Positions 32,067 through 40,602 of a DNA stretch of 42,264 nt are shown here, one piece after another. The first letter of the stretch is position 1, and each line of letters starts with the position of its first letter. The position numbers and the translations under genes are program-made. The DNA lies in IMG/VR virus record IMGVR_UViG_3300010271_000003; one strand, given 5' to 3'. The stretch comes from a virus. The notes beneath the pieces are model-generated. The model was not told the origin of the DNA. It saw nothing but the letters and a program-made list of their open reading frames with translations, and made no database searches.

Positions 32067-32096
32067 AAGAGCCTTGGAAAACCAGGGCTCTTTTTT
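32067..32096 (+). terminator. Promoter-proximal rho-independent terminator
   Basis: aagagccttgg-aaaa-ccagggctctt forms an 11-bp stem (one G-U pair) running into T6. It lies only ~20-50 nt downstream of the TATAAT boxes. Confidence 0.7.
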
Positions 32097-32288
32097 GTAG
32101 CTCACTGCTCGGGCGGCCACCGGCTGGTTCCATGAAACCTCCTCGGTGGCGCTCGGGTTTAATTTATCAAGGTTCAATGCGGGTTAGTACATCACACGTA
32201 TTGCCAGGGGTGGGAGGTGGTGATGTGAAAGAAGGATTTTCTCCCTCCTTTTTTCGTGATATATTTATGTACAAAGGAGGGATTGCAT

Positions 32289-32765
32289 ATGGTGGAATTT
32301 TTGCTGTGTTTATTTGGCGGGTATTTCGGAGCGCATAAATTCTACAAGAAGAACTGGAAGATGGGGCTTATATACTTACTTACCGTAGGTCTTTATGGGG
32401 TAGGCTGGATATACGACACGATAAAACTCGGAGCAGGGCTGATAAAGGACTATACATCAACCGACAAGGCTAAGAAACAGGCTAAAGCAGAGGCAAAAGC
32501 AAAAGCAAAAGTCGAAAAAGAACTGGCAATCAAACAAGAGCAGGAGAGGATTGCACAGCTTGAAAAAGAGGGAGTAGTGTACTGCCCGCGTTGTAAGAGT
32601 GTATCGGTGCAGTACATAGAAAGAAGAAAGCGGCTGTCTGTTGGAAGAGCAGTTGCTGGGACGATGTTATTGAATCCCCTATGGGGAGCGGTAGGAGCGG
32701 TTACGAGTAAGAAATATTACGGGTTCAATAAATGCCTGAAATGCGGATATACCTGGAAGATATAA
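32289..32765 (+). CDS. TM2-domain membrane protein with C-terminal zinc-ribbon-like domain (158 aa)
   Basis: ATG follows AAAGGAGGG. The TM2 pattern is LLCLFGGYFGAHKFYKKNWKMGLIYLLTVGLYGVGWIYD. An A/K-rich linker follows, then CPRC...CLKC. Confidence 0.7.
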   Translation: MVEFLLCLFGGYFGAHKFYKKNWKMGLIYLLTVGLYGVGWIYDTIKLGAGLIKDYTSTDKAKKQAKAEAKAKAKVEKELAIKQEQERIAQLEKEGVVYCPRCKSVSVQYIERRKRLSVGRAVAGTMLLNPLWGAVGAVTSKKYYGFNKCLKCGYTWKI

Positions 32766-32792
32766 AACAGTTAGGTAATACGAGGCGCTTGC

Positions 32793-33206
32793 ATGAGCAG
32801 GCATCTCTTTTTTATGGTGACAAATATGTCTATAAAAAAACTCTGTCAATGCGGTAAGGTTATAGACATCGGCATGAAGCGGTGCGAGGACTGTGCCAGG
32901 AAGGCAGAGCAAGCAAGAAAGGAATACTTCAAGCAATATGACGCTGCTGTCAGGGACAAGAGGACGGCGGTGTTTTATAATTCTCCCGAATGGGAGAAGG
33001 CAAGACAACAAGCACTGATGCGTGACTTTGGTCTATGCCGTGACTGCTTGGAAGAGAAGAAGATCACACCGGCTGATGTGGTGGACCATGTTAAGCCGAT
33101 AAAAAAGTTTTGGCACTTGAGATTAATGCTTAGCAATCTTCGCTCACTATGTAATATGCACCATGCGGTTAAGTCAGCCGAGGATAGGAGGAAGTATGGG
33201 GCTTGA
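32793..33206 (+). CDS. HNH endonuclease (terminase-associated type)
   Basis: Motifs are CRDC...VDHVKP...NLRSLCNMHH. It lies directly upstream of terS/terL. An alternative start at 32826 is possible. Confidence 0.85.
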   Translation: MSRHLFFMVTNMSIKKLCQCGKVIDIGMKRCEDCARKAEQARKEYFKQYDAAVRDKRTAVFYNSPEWEKARQQALMRDFGLCRDCLEEKKITPADVVDHVKPIKKFWHLRLMLSNLRSLCNMHHAVKSAEDRRKYGA

Positions 33207-33410
33207 GATTTAAAATGCAGGATGACAAATAAAAACTTGCAAATACAATCCTTGATAAAAGCGGCTAAAATTTAAGACAAATAGATTAAGACAAACACAG
33301 AACAAAAAGCCTTGAAATGCAGTGAAATCAAGGGGTAGGGCGGGGTTAGAAATTTTCATGCGCCGCTATGGATACCACGCGACCGCCCACGCGCGAATTT
33401 TTTTCCCAAA
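33207..33410. other. Candidate cos/packaging-recognition region
   Basis: A 204-bp non-coding gap between HNH and terS. It holds direct repeats TTAAGACAAA at 33272 and 33286, and a GC-rich island with inverted GGGCGG (33338) / CCGCCC (33383). Confidence 0.35.
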
Positions 33411-33431
33411 ATGGCGAGAGGAGGTGATTGT

Positions 33432-33995
33432 GTGGCTGGTAGACCGCCAAAACCTGTCAAACTTTTGAAGATGGAAGGCAGGTCCCACAGGACTAAGGCA
33501 GAATTAGAGGCAAGGGAGAAGGCTGAAAAGCAGTTGCTGACAGGTCAGAAAATGAAAGCCTGGCCGGAAGTCCGGGGAAACAAGCTGGCCAGGAAAGAAT
33601 TTAACCGTGTCAAGAATCTCCTGGAAGCTATCGGCCACAATGACGCCCTCCATGAAGCCGTCATCAATCGGTATTGCTTGCTGACTGCCGAGTGTAAGGA
33701 GATAGAAGATACGATAGAGCAACTGAGGGGAGATCTTGCCGAACTGGACAAGGCAAGGCTGAACGGTGAAATTGCATATACGGACTATCTCGAGGAGAAG
33801 GGCAATATCCACGACCGCATAATCGCGTGGGATAAGAAGCTCATGGACAAACGCAAGATGCTGCTCCAGATTGAGAAGGAAAATGTTATGACAATCATGG
33901 CAGCGCTGCGGTCTATACCAAAGGAACCGGAGAAGAAGAAAGAAAGCCCTATGGCCGAATACCTTCGCAGGAAGAGGGAGGGACAAAGCGGGTGA
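33432..33995 (+). CDS. terS: Terminase small subunit (P27-family type)
   Basis: GTG follows GGAGGTG. The N-terminus AGRPPKPVKLLKMEGRSHRTKAELEARE is typical of P27-family small subunits. The track start at 33411 is also possible. Confidence 0.8.
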   Translation: MAGRPPKPVKLLKMEGRSHRTKAELEAREKAEKQLLTGQKMKAWPEVRGNKLARKEFNRVKNLLEAIGHNDALHEAVINRYCLLTAECKEIEDTIEQLRGDLAELDKARLNGEIAYTDYLEEKGNIHDRIIAWDKKLMDKRKMLLQIEKENVMTIMAALRSIPKEPEKKKESPMAEYLRRKREGQSG

Positions 33996-34000
33996 TGTAA

Positions 34001-35578
34001 GTGTCACATGATAAACAGCGAGCACTCGAAGTAATCGAGTTTATACAGATGCTAAAGGCTGTCGACGACTTTTACGGACAGCCTTTTATGCTTCTCGACT
34101 GGCAATATCAAATCCTTTGGGACGTATATGGTACTGTCAACGAAAAAGGATACCGCCAATACAGGTACGCCTATCTTGAGATCCCGAAAAAGAACGGAAA
34201 AACGACCCTGATTGCCGGCCTGGGATTATATCATCTGACCTGTGACGGTCCCGGCGGGCAAATTTATTGCTGCGCGGCTGACCGAGGACAGGCTGAACTG
34301 GTATACAAAGCTGCAGTGCAAATGGTAAATCAGGAACCTGAACTGGATTATGAACAAGGCGGGATCCTCAAGATACTCGACAGCAAGAAGGAGATATGGA
34401 ACACAGAAACAGGTTCGTTCTTGAAAGTGCTGTCGGCCGAGGCATATACGAAGCACGGTCTCAACCCGTCGGTTGTTATTTTTGACGAACTCCACGCTCA
34501 GCCAACACGCGACCTGTGGGATGTAATGACCTTTGGTGCCGGTGCCGCTCGTAAAGAGCCACTGTGGTGGGTGATAACCACTGCCGGTGACGATCCGGAC
34601 AGACACTCCATAGGTTGGGAGGTCCACGAATACGCCCGAAGGGTCCGGGATGGAGAAATCGAAGATCCTGCCTGGTATGTGAAGATATACTGTGCGGACG
34701 AGGAAGAGGACATTTTCGATGAAGCAGTTTGGTATAAGGCAAACCCGAGCCTCGGCCATACGATAGACATTGAAAGCGTGCGTCAGGAAGCCCTGCGGGC
34801 GCGGAACGATGAAGCGCAAGAAAAACTGTTCCGCTGGCTCCGCCTGAACCAGTGGGTAAGCGTGAAATCCGTGGGTTGGCTCCCACTGTCATTGTGGGAT
34901 GCCACGGTCGGAAACTGGAACCCGGCGGAATTGGTGGGGAAGAAATGCTATCTCGGGCTTGACTTGTCGAGCACTATCGACCTGACCGGCGCATGCTTGC
35001 TGTTCCCGCCGCAGGAAGGTATACCGGATTGGCGTGCATTGTTTGAGGCGTGGGTCCCGGAAGAAAGCATGAAGGAACGTGTCAAACGGGATCAGGTGCC
35101 ATATGACAAATGGGTTAAGCAGAAATATCTGCATGCCACGCCCGGTAATGTCGTTGATTATGAGTTTGTGGAAGCCAGAATTTTGGCTTTGAACAAGCAA
35201 TATGAAATTGTCGAGGTTGATACTGACTCATGGAACAGCCGCATGCTGACACAACGGCTTATAAAAAACGGCATTACGGTTGTGGAAGTGCCTCAGCAAA
35301 TGGCGCATATGTCTCCGCCAATGAAAGAAATCGAGCGTCTGGCCAAAACAGGTCAGCTGACGCATGAGGCTCATCCGGTGGCGCGTTGGTGTTGGGGCAA
35401 TGTTGTGATCGTGGTCGACGGAAACGGCAATATCAAGCCCATGAAAAACAAATGCAAAGAAAAAATCGACTTGATCGTCGCAATGATAAACGCCATGGCC
35501 CGCGCTATGCAGGACGCGCAGAAAGTTGATGTGTCGCAATATGCAAACGAGGAATTCCTCGAGAAACTCTGGGGCTAG
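34001..35578 (+). CDS. terL: Terminase large subunit
   Basis: Walker A-like EIPKKNGKT, VIFDELH, and C-terminal nuclease-region motifs (GLDLS, VEVDTDSWN). Size and position are typical. Confidence 0.93.
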   Translation: MSHDKQRALEVIEFIQMLKAVDDFYGQPFMLLDWQYQILWDVYGTVNEKGYRQYRYAYLEIPKKNGKTTLIAGLGLYHLTCDGPGGQIYCCAADRGQAELVYKAAVQMVNQEPELDYEQGGILKILDSKKEIWNTETGSFLKVLSAEAYTKHGLNPSVVIFDELHAQPTRDLWDVMTFGAGAARKEPLWWVITTAGDDPDRHSIGWEVHEYARRVRDGEIEDPAWYVKIYCADEEEDIFDEAVWYKANPSLGHTIDIESVRQEALRARNDEAQEKLFRWLRLNQWVSVKSVGWLPLSLWDATVGNWNPAELVGKKCYLGLDLSSTIDLTGACLLFPPQEGIPDWRALFEAWVPEESMKERVKRDQVPYDKWVKQKYLHATPGNVVDYEFVEARILALNKQYEIVEVDTDSWNSRMLTQRLIKNGITVVEVPQQMAHMSPPMKEIERLAKTGQLTHEAHPVARWCWGNVVIVVDGNGNIKPMKNKCKEKIDLIVAMINAMARAMQDAQKVDVSQYANEEFLEKLWG

Positions 35579-35589
35579 GAGGTGGATAA

Positions 35590-36855
35590 ATGGCATTCTG
35601 GAATAAAATATTTAAGCCGAAAGCGCAAGATACGCGCGAAAAATACGATATAAACGACCGGCGCCTGCTGGAAATCCTCGGCATAAACCTTGACGAACTG
35701 AATCTCAAGGGTAAAAACGCCATGAAGGAGGCAACTGTATTCGCCTGCATCCGCATCCTGGCCGATGCTGTTGGAAAGCTGCCGCTGAAAATATACCGGG
35801 AGCAGGACGGTAAACCGGGCGAAGTGAGCCATTCTCTATCGCCGCTGCTGAAAACCAGGCCCAACCCATGGATGAGCGCCAGGGACTTCAAAAAAGCAGT
35901 CGAGGTCCAGCGATTGATTCATGGAAACAGCTATGTATGGATAGACGTCGCTACCCGGGGCGCCGATGCCGGCAAGGTGATAGGCTTATATCCATTGGAT
36001 AGCACTAGGATGGAGATATGGATCGACGACGTCGGTCTGCTGCCCGGGAAGGGTAAGATGTGGTATGTCTACACGGACAACCTGGGGCAGCAGTATAAGC
36101 TCAAGCCTGACGAGGTATTGCACTTCAAAGGGCTGACCCTTGACGGCATCGTCGGCATGACGCCGCTTGAAGTGTTGCAAAAAACCATCGAAAATGCCGG
36201 TGCTGCAAGTGAGTTCATCAATAAAAGTTTCAAAAGCGGCATGCAGGTCAAGGGTATTGTACAGTATGTCGGAGACCTGAGCCCTGAAGCCGAAAACACG
36301 TTCCGGGAAAAGTTCGAACGAATGTCCAGTGGGCTCAAAAACGCCAATCGCGTGGCACTCTTGCCAATAGGGTACAAATTCGAACCTATCAGCCTGAAAA
36401 TGACCGATGCGCAGTTCCTGGAAAACACCGAACTGACGATCCGGCAGATCGCGGCTGCGTTTGGCGTGAAGATGCATCAGTTGAATGACTTGGACCGGGC
36501 AACCCACACCAACATCACAGAGCAGCAGCGTGAGTTTTATATTGACACGCTCATGGACATCCTGACCGGATATGAACAGGAACTGACATATAAGCTGTTT
36601 ACAGACAATGAGCTGGCAGAAGGCTATTACATCAAGTTCAACGTCAATGCTATTTTGAGGGCGGACCACAAAACCAGGTTCGAAGCATACCGGACTGCAA
36701 TACAGTCTGGTTTTATGACGCCCAACGAGGTCCGGGCGCTGGAGGAACTCGAACCGAAAGAGGGCGGCGACCGGCTCCTGATCAACGGCAACATGATGCC
36801 GATCGAGATGGCCGGCATGCAATATCAGAAAGGCGGTGAGAACAGTGGGGAATAA
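35590..36855 (+). CDS. Portal protein (HK97 family)
   Basis: A 421-aa protein directly after terL, with the characteristic ...HGNSYVWI...FLENTELTIRQIAAAFGV... region. Confidence 0.9.
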   Translation: MAFWNKIFKPKAQDTREKYDINDRRLLEILGINLDELNLKGKNAMKEATVFACIRILADAVGKLPLKIYREQDGKPGEVSHSLSPLLKTRPNPWMSARDFKKAVEVQRLIHGNSYVWIDVATRGADAGKVIGLYPLDSTRMEIWIDDVGLLPGKGKMWYVYTDNLGQQYKLKPDEVLHFKGLTLDGIVGMTPLEVLQKTIENAGAASEFINKSFKSGMQVKGIVQYVGDLSPEAENTFREKFERMSSGLKNANRVALLPIGYKFEPISLKMTDAQFLENTELTIRQIAAAFGVKMHQLNDLDRATHTNITEQQREFYIDTLMDILTGYEQELTYKLFTDNELAEGYYIKFNVNAILRADHKTRFEAYRTAIQSGFMTPNEVRALEELEPKEGGDRLLINGNMMPIEMAGMQYQKGGENSGE

Positions 36856-37570
36856 GGCAAAGGGCAAAAAGTTCTGGAACCTGAAGAAAACTGACGAGAA
36901 AACTGGTGAGCTGACACTCTACGGTGAGATTTCAAATGTGTCCTGGTGGGGCGACGAAGTCACACCGAAACAGTTCAAAGAGGATCTTGACAAGCTGAGC
37001 GACATCGAGACGCTGAATGTCTACATCAACAGTCCGGGCGGTGATGTGTTTGCCGGTCAGACGATCTACTCTATGCTGAAACGTCACAAGGCGCAGGTCA
37101 ATGTTTACATTGACGGCCTGGCCGCCAGTATAGCATCCCTGATCGCCATGGCAGGAGACAAGGTCATCATGCCGGCGAACGCCATGATGATGATCCACAA
37201 TCCATGGACTTTCGCAATGGGTAACGCCAATGACTTCAGGAAACTGGCCGATGACCTTGACAAGATCCGGGAAAGCATGATAGTGGCGTATCAGGGAAAA
37301 TCTGGGCTTGAAAAAGACGAAATCATCAGCATCATGGATGCCGAAACCTGGCTGACAGCGGAGGAATGCAAGAAGAAGGGGCTTGCGGACGAGATCGAGG
37401 AAGCTAAGAAAGTGGCAGCCTGCGTAGATGAGAAGTATTTCAGCAGGTACAGAAATGTGCCTAAAAATCTCAAAGAACTTCCTGAAGAGCCTCCTGGGCA
37501 GGCCAGGGAGGTGAGGGACAGTGAAAACGAACTGAGAAAAAGAAAATTGCTGTTGGAGTTGGAGCTGTAA
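36836..37570 (+). CDS. ClpP-like prohead serine protease
   Basis: INSPGGDVFAGQTIYSMLK, DGLAASIASLIAMAG (Ser) and MMIHNP (His). It lies between the portal and capsid genes. Confidence 0.9.
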   Translation: MRTVGNKAKGKKFWNLKKTDEKTGELTLYGEISNVSWWGDEVTPKQFKEDLDKLSDIETLNVYINSPGGDVFAGQTIYSMLKRHKAQVNVYIDGLAASIASLIAMAGDKVIMPANAMMMIHNPWTFAMGNANDFRKLADDLDKIRESMIVAYQGKSGLEKDEIISIMDAETWLTAEECKKKGLADEIEEAKKVAACVDEKYFSRYRNVPKNLKELPEEPPGQAREVRDSENELRKRKLLLELEL

Positions 37571-37618
37571 AGGCTCTTTTTTATTACCTCAAAAAAATCA
37601 AGGAAGGGATGATGTGAA

Positions 37619-38809
37619 GTGACAAAGGAAATGAGAGCAATGCTTCAGGAACTCGAAACCCTGAAGGCAAACGTCAGGGCTCTGATTGGCGAATACAAAC
37701 TCGATGAGGCCGAAAAGAAGATGGAAGAGGTCAGAGCCCTGCAGAAGAAGATCGATTTGCAGAAACAGCTTGAGGAAATGGATGGAGTTGTTAATCTCGA
37801 TGCTGGGACCCAACTGACTGCAAAGGTTGATAAGGATCTCAATGCGGAATACAAGCGTATATTCCTGCGTGGTCTGCGCAGGCAGCCTATTTCACTGGAC
37901 GACCGCAGCGTCATCAATGAGTATTACAAGACCAACGGTATCCGCGCAGAACTGATGCACGAAGGAACTGACCCTAACAACCCGGCCGCAGGTAATGTTG
38001 GGCTCATCGTACCACAGGACATCCAGACCAGGATCAATGAGATCATGAGGGAACTGAACGATCTGTCCGAGTACATCACGGTCGAGACTGTCAACACCCT
38101 GTCCGGCAGCCGCGTGCTCGAGGCTGACAACACTATGACGCCGTTCCAGGTCGTAGCCGAATATGGCCCGATTCAGGAGATGGACAACCCGCAGTTCGTG
38201 CCGATCACATACCAGCTGGTCAAGCGTGCTGGCTATCTGCCACTGACCAGCGAACTGCTGGCTGACAGCGATCAGAATATCCTGAACTACGTCGCGCGTT
38301 GGATCGCCAAGAAGCATGTAGTGACCAAGAACACTCTGATCACGACAATGCTCCAGGGCCTCCAGCCTGTCCAGTTACAGGGATTTGATGATGTCAAGCG
38401 TGTGCTCAACGTCAATCTTGACCCGGCGATCAGCAGGACTGCCTCCATAATCACCAACCAGGATGGTTACCACTGGATGGATACTCAGAAGGACCAGAAC
38501 GGACGTTATCTTCTGCAGGACGACATCACTCAGCCCGGCAGGAAACTGTTCATGGGCCGCCCGGTTGCAGTCGTGTCCAACAGGTACCTGCCGACCGTCC
38601 AGGATGGGGGTCAGAATCTTGCGCCCATGTTCATTGGCAATGGCAAAGAAGCTGCGGTACTGTTCACTTACGGTCGGTATGAACTGGCATCCACCAGGGA
38701 GGGTGGCGACGCCTGGAGGCGCGACACTACAGAACTGAGGACTATTACACGTGACGACCTTGTCGGTTGGGATCTCGCAGCCATGGTATACGGCCAGCTC
38801 CAGATATAA
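37619..38809 (+). CDS. Major capsid protein (HK97 family) with N-terminal delta/scaffold domain
   Basis: GTG start. An N-terminal coiled coil (LQELETLKANVRALIGEYKLDEAEKKMEEVRALQKKIDLQKQLEE) precedes a capsid-fold-sized body. The position is typical. Confidence 0.9.
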   Translation: MTKEMRAMLQELETLKANVRALIGEYKLDEAEKKMEEVRALQKKIDLQKQLEEMDGVVNLDAGTQLTAKVDKDLNAEYKRIFLRGLRRQPISLDDRSVINEYYKTNGIRAELMHEGTDPNNPAAGNVGLIVPQDIQTRINEIMRELNDLSEYITVETVNTLSGSRVLEADNTMTPFQVVAEYGPIQEMDNPQFVPITYQLVKRAGYLPLTSELLADSDQNILNYVARWIAKKHVVTKNTLITTMLQGLQPVQLQGFDDVKRVLNVNLDPAISRTASIITNQDGYHWMDTQKDQNGRYLLQDDITQPGRKLFMGRPVAVVSNRYLPTVQDGGQNLAPMFIGNGKEAAVLFTYGRYELASTREGGDAWRRDTTELRTITRDDLVGWDLAAMVYGQLQI

Positions 38810-38820
38810 GGTGATGGCCT

Positions 38821-39093
38821 ATGAAGGTAAAAGCACTGTATCATTTCCTGGACAAAAAGGCCTGCAGGAATAGGACGAAAGGTGACGTCTTTGATGCGCC
38901 GGAGCCAATAGCGGAGAAACTGGCAAAGGCCGGGCTTGTTGAAATTTTGGAGTTGAAACCCAAAAAGGAAACGCCCATAGTTGAAAAACAGCCTGAAAAG
39001 CCAACTTTTGCGGAAGAAAAGAATCCGCCCGAGCCACCACCTACCAGGATAATAAAAGAAGGCAAGAAGCCTGAAAAGAAAAAGAAGAAATAA
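38821..39093 (+). CDS. Hypothetical head-module protein with Lys/Pro-rich tail (90 aa)
   Basis: The ORF follows the capsid gene. The C-terminus is KPKKETPIVEKQPEKP...KKPEKKKKK. Confidence 0.5.
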   Translation: MKVKALYHFLDKKACRNRTKGDVFDAPEPIAEKLAKAGLVEILELKPKKETPIVEKQPEKPTFAEEKNPPEPPPTRIIKEGKKPEKKKKK

Positions 39094-39117
39094 AGGGAGA
39101 GGTTATCCTCTCCCTTT
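39092..39117 (+). terminator. Strong hairpin after the head genes (possible partial terminator or RNA-stability element)
   Basis: aaagggagagg-ttat-cctctcccttt forms an 11-bp stem. Only a short T run is present, so terminator function is uncertain. Confidence 0.4.
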
Positions 39118-39137
39118 CCCTTAAAGGGGTGATGTAT

Positions 39138-39449
39138 ATGATTGTAACCCTTGAAGAAGCAAAACTGTATCTGCGTGTCGACGGTGACGATGACGATGTC
39201 CTGATTACATCCCTAATACAAGCTGCCGAGGAATACATAAAAAACGCGACAGGAAAGACATTTGACAGTTCAAATAGCTTGGCCAAACTGTTGTGCCTTG
39301 TCCTGATCACGGACTGGTACGAGAACCGGGCGCAGACAGACAAAATCAGCGAGAAATACCGGTTTACGGTTCAGACGATACTCGGACAGCTTAAGTACCG
39401 GCCTGAAGAGGAAGCAGGTGATGGCGATGCTGGTGAACAGGCTGAATAA
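39138..39449 (+). CDS. Head-tail connector (gp6-like)
   Basis: The N-terminus IVTLEEAKLYLRVDGDDDDVLITSLIQAAEEYIKNATGK is typical of gp6-like connectors. Confidence 0.8.
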   Translation: MIVTLEEAKLYLRVDGDDDDVLITSLIQAAEEYIKNATGKTFDSSNSLAKLLCLVLITDWYENRAQTDKISEKYRFTVQTILGQLKYRPEEEAGDGDAGEQAE

Positions 39450-39744
39450 GCGCGTGAAGATCCTGCGGTTGGTGAAGGAACGCAATGAGTTCGGAGAGCC
39501 GGTTGACACTTGGAAAGAGGTCTGCACCGTCTGGGCGGCGGTTGAGCCTTTGCGTGGGCGTGAGTTTATCACAGCGTTGCGGGAAAACGCGGAAGTCACA
39601 ACCAGAATACGGATCAGGTATCGGGAAGGCATCGACAGGACGATGAAAGTCAAGGTCGGCAACACCGAATTCGAGATCCTCTATATCATACACCCGAACT
39701 TCGCCAGACAGGAATTGCAGCTCATGTGCAGGGAAAGGCAGTGA
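39418..39744 (+). CDS. Head closure / head-tail adaptor protein
   Basis: The pattern RVKILR......G......W.....WA.VEPL.G.E......E.....RI.IRY is typical of head closure proteins. Confidence 0.75.
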   Translation: MMAMLVNRLNKRVKILRLVKERNEFGEPVDTWKEVCTVWAAVEPLRGREFITALRENAEVTTRIRIRYREGIDRTMKVKVGNTEFEILYIIHPNFARQELQLMCRERQ

Positions 39745-39750
39745 TGCGGC

Positions 39751-40218
39751 ATGGTGCAGGTCAAATTAAAGGTTGAAGGCATGAAGGAACTCCAAAAGAG
39801 CATGAAAAAACTCGGCAAAGTACCACAGAAACATGTTACTGCATCTGCCAAAAAGGGTATGAACATCGTCCTCAAGCAAGCCAAGGCTAATGCACCTGTC
39901 GATACAGGCGAACTCCGAAGCGGCATAATCCTTATCGGCGAGAGATCCCGAACAAAAGGCAAAAAGGTATACAGGCTGGTTTTTGACCGGGAAAAGAATG
40001 ATATTTTTCAGAAAAAGAACAAAAAGGGTAAGGTTACCGGTTATTACCCTGTCAGCCAGGAATACGGCTATTTCACCAAAAACGGGCGATATATCCCAGG
40101 TTTCTATTTCATCCACAATGCGCTCAACGAAAATACCCAGAAAGTCGCGCAAACCATTGTAGATACCATGAAAAAGAAAATCGACGATGAAATCAGGAAG
40201 GCAGGGTTAAGGAAATGA
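39751..40218 (+). CDS. HK97 gp10-family tail component
   Basis: VLKQAKANAPVDTGELRSGI is the gp10-family signature. Confidence 0.75.
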   Translation: MVQVKLKVEGMKELQKSMKKLGKVPQKHVTASAKKGMNIVLKQAKANAPVDTGELRSGIILIGERSRTKGKKVYRLVFDREKNDIFQKKNKKGKVTGYYPVSQEYGYFTKNGRYIPGFYFIHNALNENTQKVAQTIVDTMKKKIDDEIRKAGLRK

Positions 40219-40601
40219 TGGAAGCAGCACTGAGAGCGGCGTTGGAAAATAGTATATCCGAACTAGTTGGCGAGATATATCCCACCAACGCGCCCGAAAA
40301 TGCAACCAGACCGTACCTGGTATATATGAGGATCCGGACCGAAAAGGAAAAAACGCTCGATGGGTTTACCGGCAAGGAATACCTCAGCTTCATGTTCAAC
40401 ATCATGGCGCAAAAGTATTCCGAGATGAAATCCGTGGCTAAAAAGGTCGAGGATTTTTTAATATCCCTTCCCGGGACACAAATCGGCAGCTACCATATCG
40501 AGGACATTGACATCAATGATGTTACAGAACAGTATGAGCACGAGCTCAAAGTTAACCGTGGAATCATAGATTTCACAATTTACTTCGAGGAGGTTGATTA
40601 G
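40215..40601 (+). CDS. Tail completion / tail terminator-like protein
   Basis: ATGA overlap with the upstream gene. It lies between the gp10-like and major tail genes. Confidence 0.55.
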   Translation: MMEAALRAALENSISELVGEIYPTNAPENATRPYLVYMRIRTEKEKTLDGFTGKEYLSFMFNIMAQKYSEMKSVAKKVEDFLISLPGTQIGSYHIEDIDINDVTEQYEHELKVNRGIIDFTIYFEEVD

Positions 40602-40602
40602 A

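Noticed and set aside
32132-32338. Track ORF of 68 aa in the leader upstream of, and overlapping, the TM2 gene
   Set aside because: It has no ribosome-binding site and overlaps the TM2 start in another frame. It lies in a region better explained as structured RNA.
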